A DNA stretch of 51,481 nucleotides from Kiritimatiellia bacterium (GTDB taxonomy: Bacteria > Verrucomicrobiota > Kiritimatiellia > SLOV01): positions 1 through 51,481 of the forward strand of contig SLOV01000044.1 in NCBI GenBank assembly GCA_007132345.1, read 5' to 3'. Each line of letters opens with the position of its first letter. Positions within the stretch are counted from its first letter, which is position 1. The notes under the pieces were generated by a model that had not been told where the DNA came from, ran no database searches, and saw nothing but the letters and a program-made list of their open reading frames with translations. Position numbers and translations under genes: made by a program. Positions 44,465-51,481 of this stretch are shown piece after piece.

Positions 44465-46690
44465 ATGCAGATAAAAGCATTTCTACTTTCGATTAGTTTT
44501 TGGGCGATCGCGGTTCCTGTTACTGCGGCTGGCGAGGTCGGGGCAGCAGAAGGTGGCCTTACCGAGCGGATGATGCTACTGGCACTCCAGCTAGGAATTA
44601 TCATATTCGCGACGCGTATCGGCAAGTGGGGGTTCCAATCGATGAAACTCCCTGGGGTCTTGGGGGAATTGGTGAGCGGCATAGTGATTGGCCCGTTTGC
44701 GCTCGGTGGACTCCGTTTTCCCGGGCTGCCACACGGTGTCTTCCCGTTGGCCGATCCGCTAACCCCGATCGCTCCCGAATTACAAGCCTTTGGGGCAGTG
44801 GCCGCAATTATCCTACTCTTTGATGCAGGACTAGAAACGGACCTGAAATTACTGATGCGTTACAGCGTGGCCGGCGCACTGGTCGGCGTCGGCGGCGTGG
44901 TGGTCACCTTCATAACGGGTGCTTGGATCACGGCGGTGATGTCCCCCCACATTCTAGGGATGCCGCTGCCGCTTTCACACCCCATCTGCCTGTTTATGGG
45001 CGTCGTATCTACCGCCACCTCCGTTGGCATTACCGCCCGGGTGCTTTCGGAGAAGCGGAAACTCGATTCCCCGGAAGGCGTGACCATTCTTTCCGCAGCA
45101 ATCGTGGATGATGTTCTGGGCATCATCATGCTCGCGGTTGTGTTGGGTATTGCCAGTGCATCGATGGGTGATGATTCCGTTCACTGGGGGCAGTTGGCTC
45201 GGATTGGGGTAAAGGCGCTGGGGGTGTGGCTGTTGGCCAGCGCATTCGGCATCCTGGCGTCGCGCCGAATCGGTGCGTTGCTCAAATGGGTGCATGAACC
45301 CGTTGCGATCGCGTTAATGGCGCTAGGGCTAGCCCTTATCCTGGGGGCGGTGTTTGAACAGGCGGGGCTCGCCATGATCATCGGGGCCTATGTGATGGGA
45401 GTCTCTTTGTCGCAAACAGATATACGCCATCTCATTCGCGAACATCTCAGTCCCATATACGCATTCTTTGTACCAATCTTTTTTTGCATCAGTGGCATGC
45501 AGATCAATATTCCCGCGATCCTTTCACCTTCGGTGCTGTTGTTTGGCGTGACGTTCACGGGGGTGGGCATCCTCGCCAAGGTTTTGGGCTGCGGCTTGCC
45601 CTCCTTGTTGGCGAACTTTAATGTGTTGGGTGCGATGCGCATTGGCGCGGGGATGGTTCCGCGCGGGGAGGTGGGCCTCATCATTGCCGCGATTGGTGCC
45701 AGCATCAGTCTGTCGGCCGACGGCCAACCGCTGCCACCGCAACTCTTCGCAACGGTTGTGTTTATGGTGATGTGCAACACGTTGCTGGCCCCTCCTGTGC
45801 TTTCCTGGCTGATGGCCATTCCCCGCCACGGAACCCGACACGAAGTCGACGAGGATGCTGACCGTAAAAGGGTTGCGTATACCCTCGCCTCCGAAGCCAT
45901 GGCGACCTTCTACCGGGAAAAGTTACGGGAGGTGTTCGAGGAAGAAGGGTTTTACTGGCACTGCATCGATCGTGAAACACAACTGTACCAGCTCCGGCGA
46001 AACACAATCATTATTGACCTGGTACAACGACAAGCCGAACTCTGTTTTGGGGTTCAACCATCGGATATCGGACTTGTCCGCACGATGATGATTGAAGCGA
46101 ATGCCGCATTTGCAAACACCTTGCAAGCTCTGCAGCAACCGTTTGACGCCAGAGTGCTCGGCCAGGGCATTCTTGACGGTAACGAATCCGAGGTCCCGCC
46201 CTCGTTTAGTCTGGCGGAAACATTGACTCAGCGTCACATCAAGATGGAACTCGCCGGGCGCACCAAAACCGCCGTTTACGAGGAGCTGCTGGACCTGCTA
46301 TGCGAGTGCGGCGATATTCCTGACCGGGCAGCAGCCCGCGAAGCCATCTGGGAGCGCGAAGAAAAGATGTCGACGGCATTGGAGGCCGGCATTGCGATTC
46401 CACACGGGAAAACCGATACCATTAGCAAACTGGTGTGCGTTATTGGGATTTCAAAGGACGGCGTGGATTGTGACTCCCTGGATGGTGCGCCAAGTCGCAT
46501 CTTCGTCATGACCCTCTCCCCGAAGACACGCCTTGGTCCCCATCTGCAATTCATGTCCACCATCACACAGTTACTTAACCCGTCGGGACGCACATCTATA
46601 TTGGAGGCCCAATCGGCCGCAGAGGTGCTGACCTATTTGACACACCAGACCGCACCCGGCACACGCCGCCTATTTGGGACCAGCCCTTAA
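44465..46690 (+). CDS. CPA2-family cation:proton antiporter fused to a C-terminal PTS EIIA (fructose/nitrogen, EIIA-2) domain
   Basis: ATG 44465 (the track ORF starts at TTG 44429). The first roughly 430 aa form a polytopic Kef/NapA-like domain (LGELVSGIVIGP, FDAGLETD, MVPRGEVGLI). An unassigned linker of about 130 aa follows. The last roughly 150 aa match EIIA-2 (HIKMELAGRTKTAVYEELLDLL...ALEAGIAIPHGKT), with the phospho-acceptor-position His at 46403-46405. Confidence 0.88.
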   Translation: MQIKAFLLSISFWAIAVPVTAAGEVGAAEGGLTERMMLLALQLGIIIFATRIGKWGFQSMKLPGVLGELVSGIVIGPFALGGLRFPGLPHGVFPLADPLTPIAPELQAFGAVAAIILLFDAGLETDLKLLMRYSVAGALVGVGGVVVTFITGAWITAVMSPHILGMPLPLSHPICLFMGVVSTATSVGITARVLSEKRKLDSPEGVTILSAAIVDDVLGIIMLAVVLGIASASMGDDSVHWGQLARIGVKALGVWLLASAFGILASRRIGALLKWVHEPVAIALMALGLALILGAVFEQAGLAMIIGAYVMGVSLSQTDIRHLIREHLSPIYAFFVPIFFCISGMQINIPAILSPSVLLFGVTFTGVGILAKVLGCGLPSLLANFNVLGAMRIGAGMVPRGEVGLIIAAIGASISLSADGQPLPPQLFATVVFMVMCNTLLAPPVLSWLMAIPRHGTRHEVDEDADRKRVAYTLASEAMATFYREKLREVFEEEGFYWHCIDRETQLYQLRRNTIIIDLVQRQAELCFGVQPSDIGLVRTMMIEANAAFANTLQALQQPFDARVLGQGILDGNESEVPPSFSLAETLTQRHIKMELAGRTKTAVYEELLDLLCECGDIPDRAAAREAIWEREEKMSTALEAGIAIPHGKTDTISKLVCVIGISKDGVDCDSLDGAPSRIFVMTLSPKTRLGPHLQFMSTITQLLNPSGRTSILEAQSAAEVLTYLTHQTAPGTRRLFGTSP

Positions 46691-46768
46691 GGAGCGTGGG
46701 CAGACTGGCCCTGACGAGTACAGCATGATGCGCAACGGGTTATTTTCATTCCCCGGCGGCGCGGCGGC

Positions 46769-47467
46769 TCAGCGCATGAGCGGAATCTCGTAGACGTAGA
46801 TGAGGCTGTAGAAGATGCCGACCACGACAAAAACAACGCCCGTGACGATACGGACCCAGTGCTCGACATGCGTGAGCCGGTCGAAGGCCTTGCCCACTTT
46901 CTGAGATGCGAACGCGATGAGAAAAGCGAAGATCACCACCGGCACCGCCGTGCCGAGGCCATAGATGCCCGGAACCAGGAACAGAGATTCCGCGCGCGCG
47001 GCGAGGGGGAGCAGCCCGCCAAAGAAGAGGCCGGCGGACAAGGGGCAGAAGGACAACGCGAAGAGCACACCGAGCAGAAACGACCAGCGCGCGCCACCAT
47101 GCGCCGCCCGCTGCTGGATGCCGGCGCCGACAAGATGCACCGAGCCGGTGGGATGAAACAGGCCGAGCAGCAACATGCCGACCAGAACCAGAATGGGGCC
47201 GAGTGCCTGGTTCAAGTGCCGTTGCAGGAAACGGGCAATATCGCCGCTGGCCATGAGCCCCACCAGGATGAGGATGCCCAGAACGAGATAGGCCACCGTG
47301 CGGCCGACCGCATAAAGCAGGCCGGAAAGCAGAATCTTGCGGGTGCTGCCGACCTTCCGGCCCACAAAGGAAATCGCCGCAATATTGCTCGCCAGCGGGC
47401 AGGGACTGATCGATGTCAGAATGCCGAGCCACAACGCGGTTCCGAAGGCCAGCCAGAAGGCGCTCAT
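46769..47467 (-). CDS. DsbD/CcdA-family thiol-disulfide transmembrane protein (ArsG-like naming in some RefSeq annotations, from memory)
   Basis: 232 aa with six predicted TM segments. The ISPCPLASN motif is in TM1 and a second Cys (LSFCPLSAG) is in TM4. ATGA overlaps the upstream gene. Confidence 0.8.
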   Translation of the reverse strand: MSAFWLAFGTALWLGILTSISPCPLASNIAAISFVGRKVGSTRKILLSGLLYAVGRTVAYLVLGILILVGLMASGDIARFLQRHLNQALGPILVLVGMLLLGLFHPTGSVHLVGAGIQQRAAHGGARWSFLLGVLFALSFCPLSAGLFFGGLLPLAARAESLFLVPGIYGLGTAVPVVIFAFLIAFASQKVGKAFDRLTHVEHWVRIVTGVVFVVVGIFYSLIYVYEIPLMR

Positions 47468-47946
47468 GGGTGGCCTTTCCGCAAGGCTTCGAGTTCCGCC
47501 TGCAATGCCTCGCGCACGTAGGCCATGTAGACATCGCGATCGCGGACGTGCATCCAGACATCTTCAAGCCGCTCGAAATGCGTCTCCTGGCCGCCTTGCA
47601 CACGGGAGAGCACGAGCATGCTGGCGGGGATGTCATAGCGGGACGCAAAGGCTGTGTCCTTGATGTAATCGACCGGCACGAAGCGGATTTCGCCGGCCTC
47701 GAGCAGCTCGGAGAATTCCGCGGCAAGAAGTTCGCTTGCAAGGGTTTCGATCTGTATGCATTCGAAGCAGCGGAACGTGGTGTGGGCTGCATAGATGGCA
47801 ATATGATCCCGGTGGGTAGCGGCAGAGTTCTCGTTTCCGTATGGGCTCGACGCAGCCGTCTGCCGGCCCAGGGAAAAGCCGATGGTCACCAGCACGAAGG
47901 CCATCAGCACGCGGCGCGTCCAGGCTTTTGCTTTGGAAGGGTTCAT
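47464..47946 (-). CDS. membrane-anchored thioredoxin-fold protein with CxxC (ArsF-like family, from memory)
   Basis: 160 aa with an N-terminal TM (VLMAFVLVTIGFSLG), then IAIYAAHTTFRCFECIQIE (CxxC) and ...SMLVLSRV...WMHVRDRDVYMAYV. Confidence 0.65.
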   Translation of the reverse strand: MNPSKAKAWTRRVLMAFVLVTIGFSLGRQTAASSPYGNENSAATHRDHIAIYAAHTTFRCFECIQIETLASELLAAEFSELLEAGEIRFVPVDYIKDTAFASRYDIPASMLVLSRVQGGQETHFERLEDVWMHVRDRDVYMAYVREALQAELEALRKGHP

Positions 47947-47990
47947 GCGGCGTGTCCTGACTGCATTTCGAGGATTCGAAGAGGGTGGGG

Positions 47991-48224
47991 TCAGGCTTTG
48001 AGCAGGTCGGCCACCTGTTCGGCGGAGAGCGCTTTGCCCGCGCTTTTCACTTTTCCGTCGATGACGATGGCGGGGGTGGTCATGACACCGAACGCGACGA
48101 TGTCGGTGATCTTCTCGACTTTCTCGACCGTGGCATCGAGTCCGAGCGTTTGAACGGCACTCTGTGCGTTTTCAAAGAGCAATTTGCACTTGGGGCAGCC
48201 GGTGCCGAGGATCTGTATTTTCAT
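47991..48224 (-). CDS. small thioredoxin-fold protein (redox-active disulfide protein 2 / glutaredoxin-like)
   Basis: ATG 48222-48224 gives a 77-aa product, MKIQILGTGCPKCKLLFENAQ...VMTTPAIVIDGKV, with a CPKC active site. Confidence 0.85.
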   Translation of the reverse strand: MKIQILGTGCPKCKLLFENAQSAVQTLGLDATVEKVEKITDIVAFGVMTTPAIVIDGKVKSAGKALSAEQVADLLKA

Positions 48225-48243
48225 GGCGTCCTTTCCTATGGGT

Positions 48244-49620
48244 TCACGAGACAAGAGCAGCAAAGATAAGGCCTGATAGCGTGGCCATGAGGACCACCAG
48301 GCCGATGAAGGTGGCGGTCTTTTTCGGACCGAGAATCGAGTTGATGACCAGCATGTTCGGCAGCGAGAGGGCCGGGCCCGCGAGCAGCAGCGCCAGGGCG
48401 GGGCCCTGTCCCATTCCGCTGTCGAGGAGTCCGCGCAGAATCGGGACTTCGGTCAGCGTAGCGAAATACATGAGCGCGCCGGTGATGGAGGCGAAGAAGT
48501 TGGTCCAGACCGGCCAGACCGAGACCAGCCATGCGGGGACGGAGGCGGCATCGCCGCGCAACAGCGCCACGACGGTGGCGGGCGAGTCGCCGACCAGTGC
48601 CTGAATCCAGAGGTTGGGGATGATCCCTGCGTCGTCGCTCTCCGGGCTTCCGAGAAAGAAGCCGGCCGCGAGCACGCCCATGAAGAGGAGCGGAAGAATC
48701 TGTTTGGTGAAGCCCCAGGTCTGGTCGCGCCAGTCCTTCAACTCTGCGCTTCCCAGCGAAGTGAGGATGGCCAGTCCGACCGCGCCGGCGGTGAAGGATG
48801 CGACTGGATATTGTGGTAGCATCAGCGCGAGAGCCAGCGCGGGGAGTGCAGCGGCCACCAGCCACGCCAGGCGCACGGAGAAGAAGCGCCAGAGACAGAG
48901 CCCGAAGAGCGTGGCAAACCCGGCGGTGAGCAGCCATTTGGCCTGGAAGATGTCGTACCACAGGCCGGAGGCCTCCATGGGGCGCCCCCAGTTGGCGAAG
49001 ACCAGAATGCCCACCATAGAGAAGAAGTAGAGGGCCACCTGCCAGAGCGGGCGATTGCCGTCGTCATCGCCCAGGTAGATCTCCTGTGCGTTGGCTGCCT
49101 TGGCGCGCTCTTCCTTCATGAAGATGAGGTGCATCAGCAAGCCGATGACGATGCTGAAGACGATGGCCCCCACGGCGCGGCCCAGTCCCAGTTGCCAGCC
49201 CAGGACGCGCGCGGTCAGCACGATGGCCAGCACATTGATGGCCGGCCCTGAGTAAAGGAATGCCGTTGCGGGGCCCAGGCCTGCACCACGCAGATAAATG
49301 CCGCCGAAAAGCGGGAGGACCGTGCAGGAGCAGACGGCCAGAATGGTGCCCGAAACGGAGGCGACGGAGTAAGAAAGCCACTTCGAGGCCTTCGGGCCGA
49401 AGTATTTCATGACGGCGCTCTGGCTCACAAAGACGCCGATGGCCCCTGCGATGAAGAAGGCGGGCACGAGGCAGAGCAGCACGTGTTCCCGAGCATACCA
49501 CTTCGCGAGGATGAAGGCCTCGATCACTGCGCCCTGAAAGCGCGCGCCTTCGATGGGCAGAAAGTAGAGCGCGAGAAAAGCCGCCAAGAGCCCGGCAAGA
49601 ATCTTGCCTTCCTTCTTCAT
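48244..49620 (-). CDS. UPF0718/YraQ (ArsP-like) family permease
   Basis: 458-aa polytopic protein with the family motif SGTILAVCSCTVLPLFGG (vicinal CSC). ATGA overlaps arsR. Confidence 0.88.
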   Translation of the reverse strand: MKKEGKILAGLLAAFLALYFLPIEGARFQGAVIEAFILAKWYAREHVLLCLVPAFFIAGAIGVFVSQSAVMKYFGPKASKWLSYSVASVSGTILAVCSCTVLPLFGGIYLRGAGLGPATAFLYSGPAINVLAIVLTARVLGWQLGLGRAVGAIVFSIVIGLLMHLIFMKEERAKAANAQEIYLGDDDGNRPLWQVALYFFSMVGILVFANWGRPMEASGLWYDIFQAKWLLTAGFATLFGLCLWRFFSVRLAWLVAAALPALALALMLPQYPVASFTAGAVGLAILTSLGSAELKDWRDQTWGFTKQILPLLFMGVLAAGFFLGSPESDDAGIIPNLWIQALVGDSPATVVALLRGDAASVPAWLVSVWPVWTNFFASITGALMYFATLTEVPILRGLLDSGMGQGPALALLLAGPALSLPNMLVINSILGPKKTATFIGLVVLMATLSGLIFAALVS

Positions 49621-49943
49621 GATCGAAGCCTCACTCCTGCCATGGCGGCCTGTCGCCGGGCCTGCGCTTTGATGACGCCCATCGTGCAGTCAAACACGCT
49701 GAGGATGCAGGGGGTTTCCAGCTTCAGGAAGGAGCGGACCCCTTCGCGACGTTCGGAGATGATGCCGACGTTCCGTAATTCCGCGATATGGCGGGAGAGC
49801 GTCGATTTGTTCATGGCGAAGAGCGGCTGCAACTCGCACAGGCATCGCTCGCCCCGGTTCAGTTCGTGCACGATCTTCAGCCGTACAGGACTGGCCAGCG
49901 CCTTCATAACCTTCGCCCTTGCCCTCAGTTCTTCTTCCTTCAT
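49617..49943 (-). CDS. ArsR/SmtB-family metalloregulatory repressor
   Basis: 108 aa with a winged HTH (KALASPVRLKIVHELNRGERCLCELQPLFAMNKSTLSRHIAELRNVGI) and a CxC pair in the alpha3 position used by As(III)-sensing ArsR proteins. Confidence 0.9.
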   Translation of the reverse strand: MKEEELRARAKVMKALASPVRLKIVHELNRGERCLCELQPLFAMNKSTLSRHIAELRNVGIISERREGVRSFLKLETPCILSVFDCTMGVIKAQARRQAAMAGVRLRS

Positions 49944-49960
49944 GGCCGCCCTAAATACGC

Positions 49961-49976
49961 ATTGTTGCGCAACAAT
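49961..49976. promoter_or_regulatory. candidate ArsR operator (perfect 16-bp palindrome)
   Basis: ATTGTTGCGCAACAAT lies 18 nt upstream of the arsR ATG and is followed by a GCAACAA half-site and an AT-rich stretch. Confidence 0.45.
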
Positions 49977-50051
49977 GCAACAAAAATATTAAAGAAAAAT
50001 ATGCGAAAGATGGCTTGCCGGTGCGGTACTGGTGCCGAAAGCGGAAACAGT

Positions 50052-50087
50052 GCCGGTCTCCACTGCCTTCTGGCAATGGAGACCGGC
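50052..50087 (-). terminator. stem-loop downstream of the DUF4914-like gene
   Basis: GCCGGTCTCCA (50052-50062) pairs with TGGAGACCGGC (50077-50087), giving an 11-bp perfect stem and a 14-nt loop. It lies 30 nt after the TAA at 50117. The trailing sequence on the minus strand is only moderately T-rich. Confidence 0.4.
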
Positions 50088-50116
50088 GATACGGGTTGAT
50101 TGGCTTGGAGCCAGGC

Positions 50117-51481
50117 TTAATCGTCGGTGTCGAGCACGGGGTGCGGCAACAGCTCCTCGTACTGTTTGACGGAGCCGTTCGAGAGGCAGCATTCGATGAT
50201 GTGCCGGCCAAGCGGCATGAGCTCGGTGTTGTTGTACTGCTTCAACTCGCGGTGGAAGAACTCTTTCAGCTTTTCGGCGCCCGCATCGTAGGCGGGGAGA
50301 CCGACATCCTTCTGCATGTCCACCTGAAGGAGGATCTGCGGAATGGACTGGCCCTCCACAACCATGCTCTTGAGGGCATAGCCGAGCAGCGGGCAGCGAG
50401 CCTCGACCACCTGGTCGGAATTGAACCGGGCACCGCCGCGGCGGGCGAGATATTCGCGCGAAATCCATTGCGGCATGAAGCTGGTCTTCCAGGCGCCGAT
50501 GTGCTGGTTGGGGCAGAGGATGTACTTCACCCGCGGGGTGTCGATGATCTGCCGGAGCAGCAGGTTGGCCTGGTCGATCATGAGGCCGGTGGCGAAGGGC
50601 CAGTAGGAGCCAACGCCTTCGGAGCTCATGCCTTCGCTGTCGACGATGCTGGGATTCGCGTGGCCGCGCGGCGCCACCAGGCGCCAGAGCCAGGCAAGGG
50701 CGGGCGGTAGCAGGTGCATCATGCCGATGATGCCGTAGGTTGGGTGTTCCTCGGTGCAGGGCGGACTCCGCACCCCGAAGCTGCGTACGTCGACGTTTAC
50801 CGCGCCATGGATCACGTCCGGAATGACCTTTCGCGGAATGACGACGCGCGGGTTGGGGCAGGGCTTGCCGGGCTCGTCTTCGATATGATCCCAGATCAGG
50901 GCGGTGGAGCCGGGATGTGCGTCGATATTCAGAAAGAGCAGCGGCTCGGAGGGGTGAATGGTGATCTCTTCGAGATGCGGATCGATGCCGTAGTGGGTGA
51001 TGTGGTTCACGCGGACGAACCAGCCGTGCTCTGCATCCATGAGCGCGAGGCGCCCGTCGTTTTTGGCGAGCGAGGGGTGGCAGAGGGCCATGTCGTCGGT
51101 GACCGGGTAGAGGTCGCAGTTGCGCGGCATGACGATGGTGCGTTTCTCGCCGGTGGCGAGGCGCTCGCCGAGGAGCAGGGAGCCGTCTCGCTCGCGGTGC
51201 ACCTGTTCGAGCATTTCGCTCTTGCCACCGCCGCTGGCGCCCTCGTGCATGATGGTGAGCTTGTTGTCGTAGGGCGTGACCACCTGAACGGTGGAGCAGT
51301 GGGCCGTTACCCAGCGCTCTTCCTCGCCCAGGTTGAGCAGGACGCCATAAACGCCTTTCTTGGCGCTTGGGCCGGGATAGAGGTTATAGCTGAATAGTTC
51401 GTGGCGGTCCGGGCGGCGGCAGTGCACCACCATTTGCTTACCGTCGAAATGGGTATGGCGGAAGGGCGGGGCGACATAGAT
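50117..51481 (-). CDS. P-loop protein, probably DUF4914 family (5' end outside the window)
   Basis: The frame stays open to the window edge (no stop in the 16 codons upstream of the first Met at 51433). It has the Walker-A-like HEGASGGGKSEM. Overall it resembles what I recall of DUF4914 proteins, which have a PEPCK/HprK-like P-loop fold. Confidence 0.75.
   Translation of the reverse strand: MYVAPPFRHTHFDGKQMVVHCRRPDRHELFSYNLYPGPSAKKGVYGVLLNLGEEERWVTAHCSTVQVVTPYDNKLTIMHEGASGGGKSEMLEQVHRERDGSLLLGERLATGEKRTIVMPRNCDLYPVTDDMALCHPSLAKNDGRLALMDAEHGWFVRVNHITHYGIDPHLEEITIHPSEPLLFLNIDAHPGSTALIWDHIEDEPGKPCPNPRVVIPRKVIPDVIHGAVNVDVRSFGVRSPPCTEEHPTYGIIGMMHLLPPALAWLWRLVAPRGHANPSIVDSEGMSSEGVGSYWPFATGLMIDQANLLLRQIIDTPRVKYILCPNQHIGAWKTSFMPQWISREYLARRGGARFNSDQVVEARCPLLGYALKSMVVEGQSIPQILLQVDMQKDVGLPAYDAGAEKLKEFFHRELKQYNNTELMPLGRHIIECCLSNGSVKQYEELLPHPVLDTDD

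Overview
This is a GC-rich 51.5-kb chromosomal segment from a diderm (Gram-negative-type) bacterium. The evidence for that is the lipid A genes lpxB and lpxI, two TolC-type outer-membrane factors and sigma-54. The repeat content hints at a PVC-type lineage, but that is inference only. I support about 45 protein-coding genes and found no rRNA, tRNA or CRISPR array.

Most genes are housekeeping: Fe-ADH, moaA, a DnaJ-class protein, rpoN, lpxB-oxidoreductase-lpxI, mfd, htpG, cysK and an SLC13 permease. There are also two paralogous OMF-MFP-RND efflux operons.

The accessory and unusual content is:
1. An orphan 929-aa protein directly behind rpoN fuses an archaeo-eukaryotic primase (AEP/PrimPol) module, an SF2 DExH helicase and a C-terminal DUF559/Vsr-like nuclease. 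This is my best candidate for an uncharacterised single-gene conflict system.
2. There are four toxin-antitoxin loci, and only yefM-yoeB looks intact.
3. A Y1 (IS200/RAYT-like) transposase homologue has substituted HUH and Tyr positions and is fused to a DnaA-domain-IV-like HTH. Several families of REP/MITE-like hairpin repeats accompany it, including a roughly 1.1-kb repeat graveyard.
4. A CPA2 cation/proton antiporter is fused to a PTS EIIA(Ntr)-type domain.
5. An ArsR-headed five-gene permease / thiol-disulfide cluster carries a perfect 16-bp palindromic operator candidate.
6. G9 and T7G5 homopolymer tracts sit in the leader of a secreted beta-propeller gene.

All protein identities come from reading motifs in the supplied translations. 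No database search was run. Many long ORFs in the track are antisense or alternate-frame shadows typical of high-GC DNA, and I rejected them.
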